Shown piece after piece: positions 9,201-17,069 of a stretch of 64,000 nt of DNA. Where the stretch lies: positions 10,302-74,301 of the forward strand of contig JAXLTI010000008.1 in NCBI GenBank assembly GCA_046330135.1, given 5' to 3'. The position numbers were made by a program, and so were the translations under genes. The notes beneath the pieces were generated by a model. The model had not been told where the DNA came from. It made no database searches and saw only the letters and a list, made by a program, of their open reading frames with translations. Source of the DNA: a bacterium (GTDB lineage: Bacteria; ARS69). Position 1 is the stretch's first letter, and each line of letters starts with the position of its first letter.

Positions 9201-10640
9201 ATCTCCCGCCGTCCCCACGGAGGCGCCGAAGGTCGCGCCCGCCATGTCGCTTTCCGCCGTCCACGCGGCGCTCGCCGCAAGGCCGGACGCGGACCCCAGA
9301 TACACGTACGCTCGCCCTTCGTCGGTTTGGCCGTTGTCGTACCCTCTGGCGCCGACGATGACGTCCGCGTACCCGTCCCCGTTCACGTCCCCCGCGGTAC
9401 CTACGGAGATGCCGAAGTACGCCGAGTCTTGATTACTCTCCGCCGTCCAGGAGGGACTCGCGGCCAGCCCCGAAGCGGACCCGAGGTACACGTACGCCCG
9501 CCCTTCGTCGGTCTGGCCGTTGTCGTACCCGTACGCCCCGACGATGACGTCCGAGTACCCATCGCCGTTCACATCCCCGGCAGCGCCCACGGACCGGCCG
9601 AAGTACGCCGACGCCTGATCACCCTCGGCCGTCCACGCGGGGCTCGCCACCAGCCCGGACGCGGACCCCAGGTACACGAACGCGCGGCCCGCGTCGGTCT
9701 GACCGGTGTCGTACCGATGCGCTCCGACGATGACGTCCGAGTATCCGTCCCCATTCACGTCCCCCGCCGTGCCCACGGAGATCCCGAAGAACTCCGAGGC
9801 CTGATCGCCGTCCGCCGTCCAGGCCGGAGAGGTCATGAGGGGATCGATGGCGATGGGGTAGGTCGCCGCGCCGTCCTCGATCAGGATCGCGAGCTGCTCA
9901 CCCGAAAGCCCCAGTCGCGCGGGGAGCGCGCGCCCGCTCGCATCCACGGCATGTACGTCCGCGTAGCGCAGCACGCGCGCTCCGTGCTCGTCCAGGAAGT
10001 CCACCGCACCGTCCTTCAGTTGAGCGTGGAGCGCGCCCGCCACGTGCCCCTCGAGACGCAGCGCGCCCTCACCCGCGGGTCGCTCGCGCACCGTGAAGCC
10101 CTGCTCGAGACCCTCCTTCTTGTTCTCGTACCACTCGTCGAAGCCTTCGCGCACGTAGCACACGCGAGCGCCGTCGACCTTCGGTTCGAGCGGAGCGGCA
10201 TCGATCACGTGCATCTGCCCCGCCCGGCCAAGCTGCGTCGTCCGCCACGCGAAGCGCCAAGAGGACGCGAGCGGGCTCGGCTGCTGCCGCGGCACTACTT
10301 CGATCCCGCCCGCGCGGAAGTAGGTGCGAAGACCCTGAGCGCGGTTCGGCGCCTGCAACCCCGCCGAGGTGACCGACGCGCGATACTCGCCGCCCTCGAT
10401 CTGGGCGGAGACGGTCTGCCACCAGCCCGCTCCTGCGCCCGCCGTCCGCGCGCCGGGCGTGATGTCCGGCTGCCGCGCGAGCGCGGTGGCGGCCGGCATG
10501 GCGAGTACGCGGGGAGTGAGCGGGCGAACAGTCGAGTCCTTCTGGACGGACGTGCTCGCGATCAGGAGCAGGGGGACGAACACGAAGGAGCGAAGGGCGG
10601 CCAGATGCGGCTCCACCCTCCGGCGGGCGTGCGAGTTCAT
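6225..10640 (-). CDS. giant FG-GAP (integrin-alpha-like) repeat protein with signal peptide and C-terminal Por/T9SS sorting domain
   Basis: ATG at 10640 has an excellent SD (aAAGGAGGcatccc). Signal-peptide-like MNSHARRRVEPHLAALRSFVFVPLLLIAST. About 14 tandem ~60-aa units contain GTAGDVNGDGYSDVIVGA...GRAYVYLGS. The C-terminal tail ...IFDVAGRLVRELAHG...GVYFVRLQAAGQQQTRRVVRLK is typical of the T9SS/FlgD-Ig-like CTD. The ORF-track start at 10745 is an extension. Confidence 0.85.
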   Translation of the reverse strand: MNSHARRRVEPHLAALRSFVFVPLLLIASTSVQKDSTVRPLTPRVLAMPAATALARQPDITPGARTAGAGAGWWQTVSAQIEGGEYRASVTSAGLQAPNRAQGLRTYFRAGGIEVVPRQQPSPLASSWRFAWRTTQLGRAGQMHVIDAAPLEPKVDGARVCYVREGFDEWYENKKEGLEQGFTVRERPAGEGALRLEGHVAGALHAQLKDGAVDFLDEHGARVLRYADVHAVDASGRALPARLGLSGEQLAILIEDGAATYPIAIDPLMTSPAWTADGDQASEFFGISVGTAGDVNGDGYSDVIVGAHRYDTGQTDAGRAFVYLGSASGLVASPAWTAEGDQASAYFGRSVGAAGDVNGDGYSDVIVGAYGYDNGQTDEGRAYVYLGSASGLAASPSWTAESNQDSAYFGISVGTAGDVNGDGYADVIVGARGYDNGQTDEGRAYVYLGSASGLAASAAWTAESDMAGATFGASVGTAGDVNGDGYSDVIVGAPLYDLGLTRHGQAYVYLGSASGLAGSPAWTAQAQFVASDFAVSVGTAGDVNGDGYSDVIVGDDTVGQAYLYLGSASGLAGSASWTADAGQSGSGLGRSVGTAGDVNGDGFADVVIGAYGYDDGLIEQGRAYVYLGSSSGLAVSPTWTAEGDQAIGFFGSSAGTAGDVNGDGYSDVIVGAPLYDGAQSDAGRVYVYHGSASGLAASPGWTVASDQPDSYFGVSVGTAGDVNGDGYSDVIVGAMYYDDGEANEGRAYLYLGSSSGLSASPAWTAESDQAGAGFGVSAGTAGDVNGDGYSDIIVGAYSYDDGQVDEGRAYVYLGSSSGLSASPAWTAESDREHAWFGGPVGTAGDVNGDGYADVVVGAKGDLLFGVTGRAHVYLGSSSGLAASPAWTAQDDQYDSAFGASAATAGDVNGDGYSDVIVGAPGYGPHQEGKAYVYLGSPTGLAASPAWTAMGDQPNANLGSSVGTAGDVNGGGYSDIIVGAPGRNNFAGRACVYMGSVSGPSTNPQWTVDGPTNASFGTAVGTAGDVNGDGYSDVIVGTRSARSAYLYLGPGLGASPAWTDGTQGGEAVGVAGDVNGDGYSDVIVGNTGYYGGAPATAAVYYGNGGDGLDLAPRQVRTDDSAPIALLGQSDSEVAFRAKVLGRTPAGRGRVRLVVEKKRLGTSFNGNNLQIGPRTDTGAPGPSGSAVSLTQLVSGLTPGDMYHWRARVITDSPFFPRSRWVWGWPGNGGSEADLRGHLDNPSVYSAYTGTGTNVQVTLGPAVTATFDQVTSEGITSVNVESAGPPPPAGFQIVPVSPPVYDDISTTATFTGQVTVCLHYNDTDVVGSEANLKMYHFASGSWVDVTSSLDTNANIVCGQSTSLSPFVIVEPQAGVGAPEVGALAFGLKAPSPSPFRGSTVIEFALPRAGEASVRIFDVAGRLVRELAHGAHDPGSYRMSWDGRDTEGKSVASGVYFVRLQAAGQQQTRRVVRLK
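7310..9830. repeat. intragenic tandem repeats (~14 x ~180 bp) encoding FG-GAP units
   Basis: The repeated protein unit is visible in the translation. The opposite strand yields repeated artefactual ORFs (MTSEYPSPFTSPAVPT...). Confidence 0.7.
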
Positions 10641-10781
10641 GGGATGCCTCCTTTTCTCGGCGCGCCCTTCATGCGCCGGAAACGCCCGGACCCCGCCAAC
10701 CGCCGCGCTGGATTGGGCGAATTCGCACCGCGTCCGCGTGGCCACTTGAGGCCGCAGCGGCCCCCCGGTACCATCGCGAGC

Positions 10782-11351
10782 ATGAACGAATCGACCGGGG
10801 AAGAAGCGGGGGACGCCGGCACCACCTCCGACGCCTTCTTCGGCCTCGTCTACGACGAGCTGCGTTCACTCGCGCACGCCAGGATGCAAGGTGAGCGAGC
10901 CGGGCACACCCTTCAGACGACCGAGCTGGTTCACGAGGCCTACCTCCGCCTTTCGCGCGGCGGCGAGGGCTCGTGGCAGAACCGCGGTCACTTCTTCACG
11001 GCCGCGGCCGAGGCGATGCGGCGTATCCTCATCGAGCGGGCGCGCCGAAGGGGGCGCGTGAAGCGCGGTGCCGATTCCGAGGGGCGACCCGTGGAACGCG
11101 TCCCTCTCAACGTCGCCGAGATCGCTGCTCTGGCCGACGACGGGGATCCCGAGACGGTGCTCGCCATGGACGCCGCGATCGAACGCCTCGCTCGGCGGGA
11201 CGAACGCCTGGCGAAGGTCGTGAAGCTCCGCTTCTACGCGGGGTTGACGGTCGAAGAGATCGCGGAGGTCCTCGGGACGTCGCCTCGCACCGTCCAGCGG
11301 AGCTGGGCGTTCGCGAGGGCGTGGCTCTACGGGGCCGTTTCCCGGGAATAA
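10782..11351 (+). CDS. ECF-type RNA polymerase sigma-70 factor, paralog 2
   Basis: ATG at 10782. The protein MNESTGEEAGD...QTTELVHEAYLRL...VVKLRFYAGLTVEEIAEVLGTSPRTVQRSWAFARAWL is a paralog of the sigma at 2466. It is divergent, across a 141-bp spacer, from the FG-GAP gene. Its 3' end overlaps the convergent kinase by 25 bp. The upstream part of the 8028..11351 ORF is antisense artefact. Confidence 0.8.
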   Translation: MNESTGEEAGDAGTTSDAFFGLVYDELRSLAHARMQGERAGHTLQTTELVHEAYLRLSRGGEGSWQNRGHFFTAAAEAMRRILIERARRRGRVKRGADSEGRPVERVPLNVAEIAALADDGDPETVLAMDAAIERLARRDERLAKVVKLRFYAGLTVEEIAEVLGTSPRTVQRSWAFARAWLYGAVSRE

Positions 11352-14185
11352 CCCGCCCGGGCGCGGAGCGGAGCGAGCTCCGGGTAACCGGCTACCGTGG
11401 CGGGGGTGGCACCGCAGCGCTGCGCGCGCCGGAGCTTCTCGATCGCCCCGTCGGGGTCGCCGGCGTTAACCCGCGCGGCGGCCCAACGAACGAGGGCGTC
11501 TCCCAGCTCCTTGCTGTCTTTGGGGGCGTCTCCGAACATGAGCACCATGGAAGTGCTCAGCATGGACTCCGCCTCGACATGGCGACCCTGGAGAGAGCGC
11601 AGGTAGCCGTGATCGCCGAGACAGTCCGCGTAGTGCAGCCTGCTGGGCGCGTGACTCGAGTCCATCGCGGCTTCCCCGCGCGAATACAGTGCATCCGCCT
11701 GCTCGAAGCGTCTCAGCCTCCGACACACCGTTCCGTGGCCCTTGTACGCGTCACCCAGGCGCACTCCGCGCGGCTCGCGATGCTCGAACACCGGAATGGC
11801 CTTCCGGTAGAGCGAATCCGCCCGGGCTTCCGATCCGAGGGCGTCCCAGCAGTAGGCGAGCAAGCTGAGCGCTTCCGCGGTTCGCACGTTGTCCGGCCCC
11901 ACGGTACGCTCCCAGATGACGTACGACTCCTGGAAGCAGTCCCTCGCGCGGGCGAAGTCCTCCGCCTGCAAACAGTACACGCCGACGTTCTTCAGCTCGT
12001 GCGCGAGAGCGGTCGGCATGTCTCGCGCTCGGAAGATCCCCACCGCCTCCTCGTCGACGTCAATCGCCTGCTTGACTTCGCCGCCAGCTCCGAGCGCCGC
12101 GGCCCACGCGGCAAGCGCGTCGGCGTACATGAAGTGGTCCGGCCCGTAGAGCTTCCGCGCGAGGTCCACCGCTTCTTTCGCGTGACGGACCGCCTTCTCG
12201 GGCTCGTTCATCGCCGCGTACACCCAACTCAACCCTCTGTGAGCGCCAGCCGCGCTCATGGGTCGGGCCGTCTGCTCTGCGATCCGGAGCATGCGGAGGT
12301 AGCACTTCTCGGCGGTCGCGCAATCCGATCTGCGTAGAGCGATCATCGCCTTGGTCGCCAGCAGTCTCGGCAGCTGCGAGTTGTCGATCGGGGTCTTCGC
12401 CTCCACTACGCCGAGGGCGCGCGAGATCAGCGAATCTGCGGGCGCGTAGTCCCCGTGCTGCATGAGCCAGACCCCCTTCTCGGTCAAGTACCGCTCGAGG
12501 AAGTCGGAGTCCCCATGACCCAGCGCCGGCAACATCGCTTCCAAGCGACCGAAGAGGGGTTGGGCGACGTCGTCCTTGCCCGCCTGCGTCAGGCCGCTCG
12601 CCAGTCGGAGGGTCTGCTCCGCAACCGCCCGATCCTCCTTCGGCTTGATCGAGTCGACGGTCGCCAGCGCGGCGCGCAGGAGCCGCACACCCTCGTCGGT
12701 GAGCCCAAGGTTCAAGTGCGCCTCCCCAAGGGAAGTGAGCAATCGGGCACGAACCCGTGGATCGCCCGGGCCGCTCGCCTCGATGCGACGTGTGCCCTGT
12801 TCCAGCAGCTCGCGCGCCGTGACGTTCTCGCCTTGAGTGTGTTGGGGAGTCGTGGATTGGAACAGATCCACCAAGAAGTCGCTCACCTGCGAGGCCGTCT
12901 CCGCCTCGCGTCGAGCCACCCGCTCCCCTCGCCGGAAGCCCATCGCGGCGACGATGCTGCCCACGAGCACGGCCAGGAGCACGACGGTGGCGGCGGCCAC
13001 GGCGGCGCGGTGCCGGCGCACGAGCTTGTCGAGTCGGTAGACGGTGCTCGGCGCGGCGGCGGCGAGCGGCTCGCCCGCTAGGAAGCGACGGACGTCCGTC
13101 GCGAGCTCGCCCGCCGACGCGTAGCGGCGATCGGGGTCCTTCTCCAAGGCGCATGTCGTGATCCACCGGACATCGCTTCGAAGGTCCCGCAGCAGGCGGC
13201 GTGGGTCGGTGGAACGGCGCGCGGCAGTCTCGGCCAGAATCTCCGGCTCTCGGGAGGTCCGAGTCACCATCGGCGGTGGATCCTCTTCGCGAATCACACG
13301 CAAGGCTTCCGATGTCGGCATCGCACGCAGGCGGTCCGGGTCGAATGGAGGTGCTCCTGTCAGAAGCTCGTGGAGCATCGCACCGAGCGCGTAGACGTCC
13401 GTTCGAGTATCGACGGCCCCGGGCGCCATGCCCGCCTGCTCCGGACTCATGTACGCGAGCGTACCCAGCACGACGCCCTCCTGTGTCCACGGTGCGGTCT
13501 GCTCCGCGCCCGTCGGCGTCGTCGCTTTCGCGATGCCGAAGTCGATTACCTTGGACGCCACGCCGCGCTCGCGCCGAGCGACGATCACGTTCGACGGCTT
13601 GAGGTCGCGGTGAATGACCCCTCGCTGGTGCGCGTGCTGCACGGCGTCGCAGACGTCGGCGAAGAGCGCGAGACGATCTCGGACATCGAGGCGTTCCCGA
13701 TCGCAGAACGAGGTGATCGGCTCTCCAGGCACGTATTCCATGACGAAATACGGTCGACCGGCTTCCGTCTCGCCCGCCTCGAGGACCTGGGCGATGCCCG
13801 GATGGTCCATCAGCGCCAGCGCCTGGCGCTCGGCCTCGAACCGCGCGACCGTCTGCTTCGTATCCATCCCGGGCTTGATGAGCTTGAGCGCGACGCGCCG
13901 CCGGATGGGTCGAGTCTGCTCGGCCAGGTACACGACGCCGAAGCCGCCTTCACCGAGGGTCTCCACGAGCCGGTAGGGCCCGATCGATCCGAGGTCGCCC
14001 TTCGATTCTCGCGACACCAGGAATTCGACGGCGGACTCGTCCGCGGCGAGCAGGGCGACGAGCTCCGCTCGCAGCGCCGGATCGTCCGCGAGGTCGCGCT
14101 CGAGCAGCGTGCGCCGCTCCTCGAGGGACATGCCCTGGGCGCGGTCGAACAGCTCTTGAAGGCGCTGCCAGCGTTCGTCACTCAC
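11327..14185 (-). CDS. Ser/Thr protein kinase with TM segment and TPR repeats, paralog 2
   Basis: GEGGFGVVYLA, VALKLIKP, HRDLKPSNV, DFG, SPEQ. A TM segment is followed by TPR-like repeats. GTG start at VSDERWQRLQELF (14185) has GGAGGA 8 nt upstream. An alternative ATG lies at 14254. Confidence 0.75.
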   Translation of the reverse strand: MSDERWQRLQELFDRAQGMSLEERRTLLERDLADDPALRAELVALLAADESAVEFLVSRESKGDLGSIGPYRLVETLGEGGFGVVYLAEQTRPIRRRVALKLIKPGMDTKQTVARFEAERQALALMDHPGIAQVLEAGETEAGRPYFVMEYVPGEPITSFCDRERLDVRDRLALFADVCDAVQHAHQRGVIHRDLKPSNVIVARRERGVASKVIDFGIAKATTPTGAEQTAPWTQEGVVLGTLAYMSPEQAGMAPGAVDTRTDVYALGAMLHELLTGAPPFDPDRLRAMPTSEALRVIREEDPPPMVTRTSREPEILAETAARRSTDPRRLLRDLRSDVRWITTCALEKDPDRRYASAGELATDVRRFLAGEPLAAAAPSTVYRLDKLVRRHRAAVAAATVVLLAVLVGSIVAAMGFRRGERVARREAETASQVSDFLVDLFQSTTPQHTQGENVTARELLEQGTRRIEASGPGDPRVRARLLTSLGEAHLNLGLTDEGVRLLRAALATVDSIKPKEDRAVAEQTLRLASGLTQAGKDDVAQPLFGRLEAMLPALGHGDSDFLERYLTEKGVWLMQHGDYAPADSLISRALGVVEAKTPIDNSQLPRLLATKAMIALRRSDCATAEKCYLRMLRIAEQTARPMSAAGAHRGLSWVYAAMNEPEKAVRHAKEAVDLARKLYGPDHFMYADALAAWAAALGAGGEVKQAIDVDEEAVGIFRARDMPTALAHELKNVGVYCLQAEDFARARDCFQESYVIWERTVGPDNVRTAEALSLLAYCWDALGSEARADSLYRKAIPVFEHREPRGVRLGDAYKGHGTVCRRLRRFEQADALYSRGEAAMDSSHAPSRLHYADCLGDHGYLRSLQGRHVEAESMLSTSMVLMFGDAPKDSKELGDALVRWAAARVNAGDPDGAIEKLRRAQRCGATPATVAGYPELAPLRARAGYSRETAP

Positions 14186-14300
14186 GCAGGAGATCCTCCG
14201 CGGATTCCGCCGTCGAGGGGCGGCAGGATGCACCGCCACGACGCGCCGGCGCAAGGGTGGAGGGGAAGCGCGGTCGGCCCCGTCCGTCGCGTCGTGCGAC

Positions 14301-15806
14301 TTGTGCTACCCTGCCCGTTCGTTGCTTTGCACGCGGAACCGACTCACGACCCGAGGAACGGGGCGGGAGGAGCGTTTGGAGACTCCCGAGGCCTGGGCGG
14401 ACGAGATCGTCGGCCGGGCGGCGAGCGCGGCGGAGGCCTTCCTCCAGGTCGACCAGCCGCACGTCGACCGGATCGTCCGCGCCGTGTTCGAGGCGGCGTA
14501 CGCCGCACGATTGGACCTCGCGCGCATGGCCTTCGAAGAGACCGGCATGGGTCTCTACGAGCACAAGGTCATCAAGAACGCGTGGGCCAGCCTCCTCATC
14601 TACGAGGACATCCGCGAGCGGAGGACCGTCGGGCTGATCCGCGAGGACGCCGCACGGGGATTGGCGGAGATCGCGGTTCCCAAGGGGCCGATCCTCGCCA
14701 CGATCCCCGTGACGAACCCCACGTCCACGACGATCTTCAAGGCGCTCATCTGCATGAAGACCCGCAACCCGGTGATCTTCAGCCCGCATCGCGGCGCGCG
14801 GAAGTGCATCCGCGAAGCGGCGCGGATCTGCGCGGAGGCGGCCGCCGCCGCCGGGGCGCCCGACGGTGCCATCCAGTGGATCACGAAGGCGCCCATCGAT
14901 TACGTGAAGGCGGCCATGCGCCACCGCAAGCTCGCGTTGATCCTCGCGACCGGGACCGGCTCGATCGTGCGTCTCGCGCAGGAGTCCGGTACGCCCACGC
15001 TCGGCGTGGGGCCCGGCAACGTGCCCGTGTACGTCCACGCCTCCGCGGACCTCCCGGCCGCCGCCCGCGCGATCGTCCACTCGAAGACGTTCGACAACGG
15101 CGTCGTGTGCGCGAGCGAGCAGGCGCTCGTGGTGGAGCGCGGCCTCCAGGCGGAATTCCGCGCCCTGATGGAGGAGCGCGGCGCGCACTACTGTACGAAG
15201 GAGGAGTCCCGCCTCCTGGAGCCGCAGTGCTTCGATCCTTCTCGGCGCGGCATGCGCGCCGAGGTCGTGGGGCAGCCGGCAGCCGTCATCGCGCAGCGCG
15301 CCGGCTTCCGCGTGCCGAAGAAGACGCGTCTCCTCGTGGCGGAGCCTCTGGGCGTGGGGCCGGAGCACCCGCTCTCGTACGAGATCCTCGCGCCGGTGCT
15401 CGCGTCCTACCCGGTGGACAGCTACGACCAGGCGCTCGCCACGTGCCGGGAGCTGGCCGAGCACGGCGGCCTCGGCCACACCGTGGGTGTGTACGCACGC
15501 GACGAGCGCGTCGTGGCGGACTTCTCGCGGCTGAACGTGGCGCGGATTCTCGTGAATCAGCCCTGCACGGAGGGCGCGATCGGCGGGATCTTCAACTCGC
15601 TGCGGCCGTCCCTCACGCTGGCCTGCGGCTCCGGCGCGGGCAACGCGAACACCGACAACATCACGGTGGAGCACCTCCTGAACATCCACCGCGTGGCCCG
15701 CTTCCACGACAACGGCGGCTGGAGCGCCGTCCCGCGCGAAACCTGGCTCGACCCGGCCACGGGACCCCGCGAGATCGTGGCGCGCTACCGAAGAACCGAG
15801 GGCTAG
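14301..15806 (+). CDS. CoA-acylating aldehyde dehydrogenase (EutE/PduP-like ALDH)
   Basis: ALDH-fold protein with catalytic Cys in DNGVVCASEQ and LGVGPGNVP. The start is uncertain: the first ~25 codons are low-GC3, and an alternative TTG lies at 14375. Confidence 0.65.
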   Translation: MCYPARSLLCTRNRLTTRGTGREERLETPEAWADEIVGRAASAAEAFLQVDQPHVDRIVRAVFEAAYAARLDLARMAFEETGMGLYEHKVIKNAWASLLIYEDIRERRTVGLIREDAARGLAEIAVPKGPILATIPVTNPTSTTIFKALICMKTRNPVIFSPHRGARKCIREAARICAEAAAAAGAPDGAIQWITKAPIDYVKAAMRHRKLALILATGTGSIVRLAQESGTPTLGVGPGNVPVYVHASADLPAAARAIVHSKTFDNGVVCASEQALVVERGLQAEFRALMEERGAHYCTKEESRLLEPQCFDPSRRGMRAEVVGQPAAVIAQRAGFRVPKKTRLLVAEPLGVGPEHPLSYEILAPVLASYPVDSYDQALATCRELAEHGGLGHTVGVYARDERVVADFSRLNVARILVNQPCTEGAIGGIFNSLRPSLTLACGSGAGNANTDNITVEHLLNIHRVARFHDNGGWSAVPRETWLDPATGPREIVARYRRTEG

Positions 15807-15911
15807 TCCGCACGCCGGCAGCGGGCTGCGAAGAGAGCCGCGAGGCGTCGAGCGCTCGAGGGCGCCGCCGCAGGCGACGTCTGGGAACCGAGCCCCACCC
15901 CCTGCGAGCGC

Positions 15912-16001
15912 GGTGAGCTCGGGAGGCGGACTCCCTCCCGCGGGCCTGGGAACGCTGTGAGAAGCCCGGTGAGCCCGGAAGGCGGACTGGCTCCCGCGGG
16001 C
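15912..16001. repeat. two ~34-bp REP-like direct repeats, each able to form a GGGAGG/CCTCCC-type hairpin, in a convergent intergenic spacer
   Basis: ggtgagctcgggaggcggactccctcccgcgggc (15912-15945) and ggtgagcccggaaggcggactggctcccgcgggc (15968-16001), ~28/34 identical, lying between the 3' ends of the ALDH and the secreted-protein gene. Confidence 0.4.
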
Positions 16002-16036
16002 ATTGGAGCACGGATGCCGAGCTCACCAACGCGAGC

Positions 16037-16963
16037 CTAATCGCCGGGGATGTTCACGTAGTAGGTCAGCGCCATGCGGCCCATGAAGCCGGAGTAGTCG
16101 ATGGTGCGGCCGCCGGCCTGTAAGGTCGGCGTGGCCCCGGCCGGAACCGAGTCCGGGATCCCGTCGTTGTTCGCGTCCGGACAGTCCGGGCACACCGCCA
16201 CCGGAACGTCGATGGTGCTGGCTTCGGACAGCTCCGCCGGCCGGAGAGTCTCGAGGCCCGTGATGTCGATGTCCGTGATCTTGGCGCGGCGATAGCCGGC
16301 GAAGAAGTTCACCCAGATGTGCTGGGAGAGCGACGCTTCGAGATACGCGCCGACGTGCGCGCCCAGCGCATGCCCGTCGAGATTGAGCGTCCCGAGCGAC
16401 CGGGTGACCTTGCTGACGTTCGTCTCGGTGATCTCCTGCTTCCCCTTCGCCTTGTAGTAGCCGCCGCCGGCCTCCATGCCGAAGCCCACGGTTCGCTTCT
16501 GGAGCAGGTCGTAGCCCAGGGTGACCAGGTAACCGTCCGCGGGCAGCGAGATCTTCGAGTTGGCGACGATCCCGCCGATGTCCTGCGAGGTCCCGAGGCG
16601 CTCGAGGTCGGCCTGGAAGAGGATCCGCTCCTTGATGATCGCGCGCAGGCCGCCGCCCGCAGAGGGCCCGCCGCTGAACGGATCGAAGCGGACGCCGGGC
16701 TGCTCGATGTCGCGGTTCACGACCGCGAGCGCTTCGTTGACCTGCTGCATGCCGTAGGTGCCGAGACCCCCGAATCCCGTGACGCCGACCACGATGAAGG
16801 AGAAGGGCTCTTCCTCCTCCACGACCGTGGCCGTCGGCGGCTCCAAGGTGGTGATCTGGGCGCGGGCCGGACCGGCGGCCACGAGTGCGGTTAGCAGCAG
16901 GATTGCGGGAAGGCTCCGCCCCGCGGACGAGCCGTGCGGCGAGCCCTTAGGACCGAGCGCCAT
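16037..16963 (-). CDS. hypothetical secreted protein with a TSP3-like Ca-binding motif
   Basis: ATG at 16963 with SD gAAGGAGGct. Signal peptide MALGPKGSPHGSSAGRSLPAILLLTALVAAGPARAQ. CPDCPDANNDGIPD motif. No confident family. Confidence 0.5.
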   Translation of the reverse strand: MALGPKGSPHGSSAGRSLPAILLLTALVAAGPARAQITTLEPPTATVVEEEEPFSFIVVGVTGFGGLGTYGMQQVNEALAVVNRDIEQPGVRFDPFSGGPSAGGGLRAIIKERILFQADLERLGTSQDIGGIVANSKISLPADGYLVTLGYDLLQKRTVGFGMEAGGGYYKAKGKQEITETNVSKVTRSLGTLNLDGHALGAHVGAYLEASLSQHIWVNFFAGYRRAKITDIDITGLETLRPAELSEASTIDVPVAVCPDCPDANNDGIPDSVPAGATPTLQAGGRTIDYSGFMGRMALTYYVNIPGD

Positions 16964-17069
16964 GTCCAGGAGCCTCCTTCGCGGGAGGAATGTGCGGACC
17001 GCGGGGAGCGGACGGTTCATTTTCCACGGAATCGGCGGAAAGACAAGGGCTCGCGTGCGTCCGAGTCGC

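Noticed and set aside
7531-9432. Several plus-strand ORFs beginning MTSEYPSPFTSPAVPT... (7531, 7894, 8971, 9172)
   Set aside because: They are the reverse-complement reading of the FG-GAP tandem repeats and recur only because the repeats recur.
8028-10781. Upstream 918 codons of the 1,107-aa plus ORF 8028..11351
   Set aside because: Antisense to the FG-GAP gene with Arg/Pro/Val-rich repetitive translation. Only the last 189 codons (10782..11351) constitute the ECF sigma.
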